NCBI GenBank assembly: GCA_903914955.1
Contig: CAIWRB010000205.1
Location: 6,208-70,207, forward strand
Length of the DNA: 64,000 bases
Direction of reading: 5' to 3'
DNA from: an uncultured Chloroflexota bacterium
GTDB taxonomy: Bacteria; Chloroflexota; Anaerolineae; Anaerolineales; Villigracilaceae
Below the pieces are notes generated by a model that was given only the letters and a program-made list of their open reading frames with translations, searched no databases and was not told the DNA's origin. The translations under genes were made by a program, and so were the position numbers. Below are positions 60,026 to 64,000 of the stretch, in pieces. Each line of letters begins with the position of its first letter. Position 1 is the first letter of the stretch.

Positions 60026-62500
60026 CTATTCTTCCTGACTGTCATCCCGCGCATGCTTCTTCGGTCTCGGCGGTTCGACCGTCACTTTGTCAGAAAGCGC
60101 GATTGCCAGAACATCATCCATGTGTTTGATGGGGATGATCTTCAATTCAGATCTGGCAGTCTTGGGAAGTTCCACCAGATCTTTCATATTCTTTTCTGGC
60201 AGCAGCACGGTCTTTAATCCTGCGCGATGCGCGGCGAGAACTTTCTCGCGCACACCGCCGATCGGCAGGATTCTTCCGCGCAGGGTGATCTCGCCAGTCA
60301 TGCCCACGTGACGCAGCACTGCCCGCCCCGTCAGCGCGGAGATGATGGCCGTCGCCATGGTGATGCCTGCCGAAGGGCCATCCTTTGGAATTCCGCCTTC
60401 AGGCATGTGGATGTGAATATCCAGCCGCTCAAAGACATCCAGATCAATTTTCAACGTGGCGGCTCGTGACTTGATGTAAGTCAGCGCGGCTTGACCTGAT
60501 TCCTGCATCACCTCGCCCATCTGACCCGTCATCTGCATGCTGCCTTTGCCTTCGAGGATGGCAACTTCGACAGACATGATCTCGCCGCCAGTTTCCGTCC
60601 ACGCGAGGCTGGTCGCGACTCCCACTTCGTCGGTGCGTTCCGCTTCGGATTGAAAGACTTGCTGGGGGCCGAGCAGTTTCTCGATCATATCTGGCGCAAT
60701 GGAGGTTGGATATTTTTTCCCTTCCGCTTTCAGACGCGCGACCTTGCGACTGACCCGTCCGATCTCGCGTTCCAGATTGCGCACGCCTGCTTCATAAGTG
60801 TATTCGCGAATAATGCGCTGTAACGCGGCGGGCTCAAAGAGCATGCCGAGATTGTCGATACCATTCTCTTCGATCTGTCGTGGAATGAGATAGCGGTTCG
60901 CGATCTCCATTTTTTCTTCTTCGATGTAGCCCGGGAACTCGATGACTTCCATACGATCCAACAATGGCAGTGGAATATTTCCCAAAGAATTGGCGGTGGT
61001 TACGAACATGACCTTTGAAAGATCAAACGGGAGTTCGAGGTAGTGATCGCTAAAAGCGAAGTTCTGCTCAGGGTCAAGCACCTCAAGCATGGCCGAGGCG
61101 GGATCACCGCGAAAGTCAGAATACAGCTTGTCAATTTCATCCAGCATAAATAGCGGATTTGCCGTGCCGGCGCGCTTCATGGTTTGGATAATACGCCCCG
61201 GCAGCGCGCCAATATACGTGCGGCGATGTCCGCGGATCTCGGCTTCATCACGCACGCCGCCGAGCGAGACGCGCACAAATTTGCGTCCCAATGCGTCCGC
61301 GATGGAACGACCCAAAGATGTTTTGCCAACTCCGGGCGGCCCAACAAAACATAAGATCGGCTGACGTTCCTTCTTCGGTTTGAGCGAACGCACCGCAATA
61401 TATTCGAGGATCCTTTCCTTGGCTTTCTTCAACCCATAATGATCGCGTTCCAAAATTTTCGCGGCATTCTTAACATCCAAATTATCAGGCGAGGAGTTAT
61501 TCCAGGGCAGGTCAACGATCCAGTCAATATACGTGCGGATCATTCCCACTTCAGGTGACATCGGCGGCATTTGATTCAAGCGCTCCAACTCTTTCAGCGC
61601 GACTTTCTTTGCTTCTTCTGGAAGATTGGCGGCATCCACTTTTTTCTTTAAGTCGGAAGCATCTCGTGAAAAAACATCGCCTTCGCCTAATTCGGTCTGG
61701 ATCTGCTTCATCTGTTCGCGCAGATAAAACTCGCGCTGGCTTTTATCCACTTCATTCTGAACACGGGAATGAATCTCGTCTTCCAGTTCAAGTACATCCA
61801 CTTCCTGCGCCAATAAACTATTCAACATTCCCAAACGCGCCTTGGGATCAAGGATCATAAGCAAACGCAATTTTGCTTCGTAGGTTAGCGAAAGCGAAGT
61901 GGAGATCATATCGGAGAGCCAGCCCGGTTCCGAAATATTCAACGCAAACAAATGCGCTTCTTCGGGAATGGAACGATCCAGTTGAACACAGCGCTCGAAC
62001 AGACTCAACGCGGAGCGCATCAACGCCTGTGTTTGCCTGTCACCTACTTGCGGCTCGTTGATCACGCGCGCACGCACTTTTAGATATGGCTTCGTGCGAA
62101 TAAATTCAACGATCTCCACGCGTTTGCGTCCCTGCACCAAGGCGGAGCGTGAGCCGTCAGGCATGGTCAACAAACGCCCGACCGCCATCTCAACACCGAT
62201 CGGCAGAAAATCATCGACGCTCGGTTCATCCAACTCGGAATCTTTTTGCGTAAGTCCGATCACAGTTTGTTCTTTGCGCTGCGCTTCCTGCACAGCAAGC
62301 AATGAAGCCTCGCGCCCGACAAAGATCGGCGAGACCATGCGCGGAAAAATGACCATATCGCGCAGCGGCAGAACCACGGCCTCGATCAAACCGTCAGCGT
62401 TCGGCTCCATATTTGGAACACGATACAACTCCTCGGTGCGCTGTGACAACGTCAGATCAAAATTATCTTCTTCTTCATTCCAATTAGATTGATGATTCAT
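60026..62500 (-). CDS. lon: ATP-dependent protease La
   Basis: GPPGVGKTS, DEIDK, KDGPSAG (Ser), GGVREK (Lys). Confidence 0.97.
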   Translation of the reverse strand: MNHQSNWNEEEDNFDLTLSQRTEELYRVPNMEPNADGLIEAVVLPLRDMVIFPRMVSPIFVGREASLLAVQEAQRKEQTVIGLTQKDSELDEPSVDDFLPIGVEMAVGRLLTMPDGSRSALVQGRKRVEIVEFIRTKPYLKVRARVINEPQVGDRQTQALMRSALSLFERCVQLDRSIPEEAHLFALNISEPGWLSDMISTSLSLTYEAKLRLLMILDPKARLGMLNSLLAQEVDVLELEDEIHSRVQNEVDKSQREFYLREQMKQIQTELGEGDVFSRDASDLKKKVDAANLPEEAKKVALKELERLNQMPPMSPEVGMIRTYIDWIVDLPWNNSSPDNLDVKNAAKILERDHYGLKKAKERILEYIAVRSLKPKKERQPILCFVGPPGVGKTSLGRSIADALGRKFVRVSLGGVRDEAEIRGHRRTYIGALPGRIIQTMKRAGTANPLFMLDEIDKLYSDFRGDPASAMLEVLDPEQNFAFSDHYLELPFDLSKVMFVTTANSLGNIPLPLLDRMEVIEFPGYIEEEKMEIANRYLIPRQIEENGIDNLGMLFEPAALQRIIREYTYEAGVRNLEREIGRVSRKVARLKAEGKKYPTSIAPDMIEKLLGPQQVFQSEAERTDEVGVATSLAWTETGGEIMSVEVAILEGKGSMQMTGQMGEVMQESGQAALTYIKSRAATLKIDLDVFERLDIHIHMPEGGIPKDGPSAGITMATAIISALTGRAVLRHVGMTGEITLRGRILPIGGVREKVLAAHRAGLKTVLLPEKNMKDLVELPKTARSELKIIPIKHMDDVLAIALSDKVTVEPPRPKKHARDDSQEE

Positions 62501-63813
62501 TTAATATTTTTCCATGCAGACATGACTTCCGCTGTGACAAACATGCTCCCAGCGGATAAGACAATGCTACCATCTTTTGATGACAATTCCAGCGCACGCG
62601 CCAATGCGGATTTTACGGGAGTGAGCGTTTCAGACTCCGCCCCAGCCTGCTCTGCCAACTGTTGAATTTTCTCCACTTCCAAAGCGCGTGGATGATCGGC
62701 GCGCGTGATGATAATTTTCTTGATCTTCGATTTCATTTCCGCAAACATCCCTGGAATATTTTTATCCTCCGATGCACCAAAGATGAGATAAACCATCTTG
62801 CCAGGAAAATATGTTTGCAAGGTTTCGTTCAACTTCGCAAACGAATCCTGATTATGCGCCGAGTCAAAGATCACAGGCGGATCGCGCCGCGCGATTTCAA
62901 AGCGGGCGCGCCATTGTACTTGAGAAAACCCTTTTTGTATCTGTTCGTCAGTGATGGGAATTCCGCTGGCTTTTAGAGCGGCATAAGCAGTGGCAGCGTT
63001 CTCAACTTGATGAGATCCAAGGAGGGGAATATTGAAGGGTGGAAGGTTGGAAGATTGGAAAGTTGGAAAGTTGAAACGTTGCCCATCCAAAGACGACTCT
63101 ATCAACTCAAATTTTACATCGCGTCCAACGAGCGTAAATCTTGAATTCTTAAACGCGGCGACACGCTCCAAAACTGCGAGGGCCTCTTCCTTTTGCGGGG
63201 ATGAAATCACTGGCACGCCATTTTTGATAATGCCAGCCTTCTCGCCCGCGATCAACGTCAATGTATTTCCAAGCACAGCTGTATGGTCATAAGACAATGA
63301 AGTGATGACCGAAACCCGCGGTGTGACAATATTGGTTGCATCCAGCCGCCCGCCCAAGCCTACTTCAAACACTGCCGCATTGACTCCATATTTGCCAAAT
63401 GCCAAAAATGCCAGCGCGGTTGTGATCTCAAAGGTCGTGAGCATTTCGATCTTCGCCACATACGGTTTGATCTCCTCCACCAACTCGATCAACTGCGTGT
63501 GCGAGATCGACTCACCGTTGATCTGGATTCGCTCGGTATATTCCAACAAATGCGGCGAGGTATATAACCCAACTTTATAACCTGCGACTTTCAAACTAGA
63601 AGCACACAACGCAGATGTTGAACCCTTGCCCTTCGTCCCAGCCACATGGATGATGGGATACGTATTTTGCGGGTTACCCAGTGACTGCATCAACGCGAAC
63701 ATACGGTCAAGGTTGAAATCCGCCTTGGCAAGTTCGGAAGAATGTTTCAGGCTATAATCCACGAAGGAATAAAGATAATCGAGAGATTGGTTGTATGCGA
63801 TTTCAATGTCCAT
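62497..63813 (-). CDS. folC: Folylpolyglutamate synthase / dihydrofolate synthase
   Basis: HVAGTKGKGST, YTSPHL, EVGLGGRLDATN, DSAHN, GSMFV. Confidence 0.95.
   Translation of the reverse strand: MDIEIAYNQSLDYLYSFVDYSLKHSSELAKADFNLDRMFALMQSLGNPQNTYPIIHVAGTKGKGSTSALCASSLKVAGYKVGLYTSPHLLEYTERIQINGESISHTQLIELVEEIKPYVAKIEMLTTFEITTALAFLAFGKYGVNAAVFEVGLGGRLDATNIVTPRVSVITSLSYDHTAVLGNTLTLIAGEKAGIIKNGVPVISSPQKEEALAVLERVAAFKNSRFTLVGRDVKFELIESSLDGQRFNFPTFQSSNLPPFNIPLLGSHQVENAATAYAALKASGIPITDEQIQKGFSQVQWRARFEIARRDPPVIFDSAHNQDSFAKLNETLQTYFPGKMVYLIFGASEDKNIPGMFAEMKSKIKKIIITRADHPRALEVEKIQQLAEQAGAESETLTPVKSALARALELSSKDGSIVLSAGSMFVTAEVMSAWKNIK
63034..63081. repeat. Six degenerate octamer repeats inside folC
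   Basis: gaagggtg gaaggttg gaagattg gaaagttg gaaagttg aaacgttg = 48 bp, in frame. Confidence 0.85.
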
Positions 63814-63824
63814 GCGAGAGATTG

Positions 63825-63852
63825 TAAATCGTTAATCAAATATCGTAAATCA
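63825..63852. repeat. Degenerate heptamer tandem repeat
   Basis: gtaaatc gttaatc aaatatc gtaaatc between divergent folC and the DUF503 gene. Confidence 0.6.
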
Positions 63853-63861
63853 AAAACCGCA

Positions 63862-64000
63862 GTGCTCGCCACCCTCACCCTCCACTTACACATCCCACTT
63901 TGTTCTTCGCTTAAAGACAAGCGCGGACGGATCAAACCGCTTATTTCACGCCTGCATCGCGAGTTCAACGTTTCGGTGGCGGAAATGGATTTGCAGGATA
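63862..64000 (+). CDS. DUF503 (YlxP-like) family protein, runs off the right edge
   Basis: GTG start; MLATLTLHLHIPLCSSLKDKRGRIKPLISRLHREFNVSVAEMDLQD matches the SLKxKR...FNVSVAE pattern. Confidence 0.82.
   Translation, partial: MLATLTLHLHIPLCSSLKDKRGRIKPLISRLHREFNVSVAEMDLQD

Overview
A gene-dense bacterial chromosomal segment. Gene content (archaeal-type mevalonate enzymes, eukaryote-like citrate synthase and DeoC, many T/P-linker lipoproteins) and short-repeat style suggest an Anaerolineales-like Chloroflexota genome; this is inference, not a database result. Most of it is housekeeping: aldehyde dehydrogenase/deoC, oligopeptidase B, gltA-mdh, trxB, an OmpR/BaeS-type two-component module, uvrC, prfA-prmC-tsaC, tsaD, selA, a histidine ammonia-lyase, uup, mevalonate-pathway genes, a polysaccharide cluster, a GAF-PAS adenylate cyclase, lon and folC. 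The most interesting locus is a Dlt-like cell-envelope acylation operon (about 26.5-32.8 kb): lipoprotein, an unannotated 38-aa DltX-like peptide ending in WIYLGF, an MBOAT, a DltD/AlgJ-like SGNH protein, a second SGNH lipoprotein with Cys in place of the catalytic Ser, a DltC-like carrier protein, and a fatty acyl-AMP ligase in place of DltA. Next to it is an AT-rich GT-C glycosyltransferase cassette bounded by a ~188-bp duplication of the 5' end of uup. Other notable items: a thiolase homologue lacking two catalytic residues, 11-bp-phased operator repeats upstream of the two-component module, a frameshifted PLD-family nuclease gene, octamer repeats inserted in frame in folC, and several REP-like palindrome families. 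I found no rRNA, tRNA, CRISPR array, integrase or transposase.
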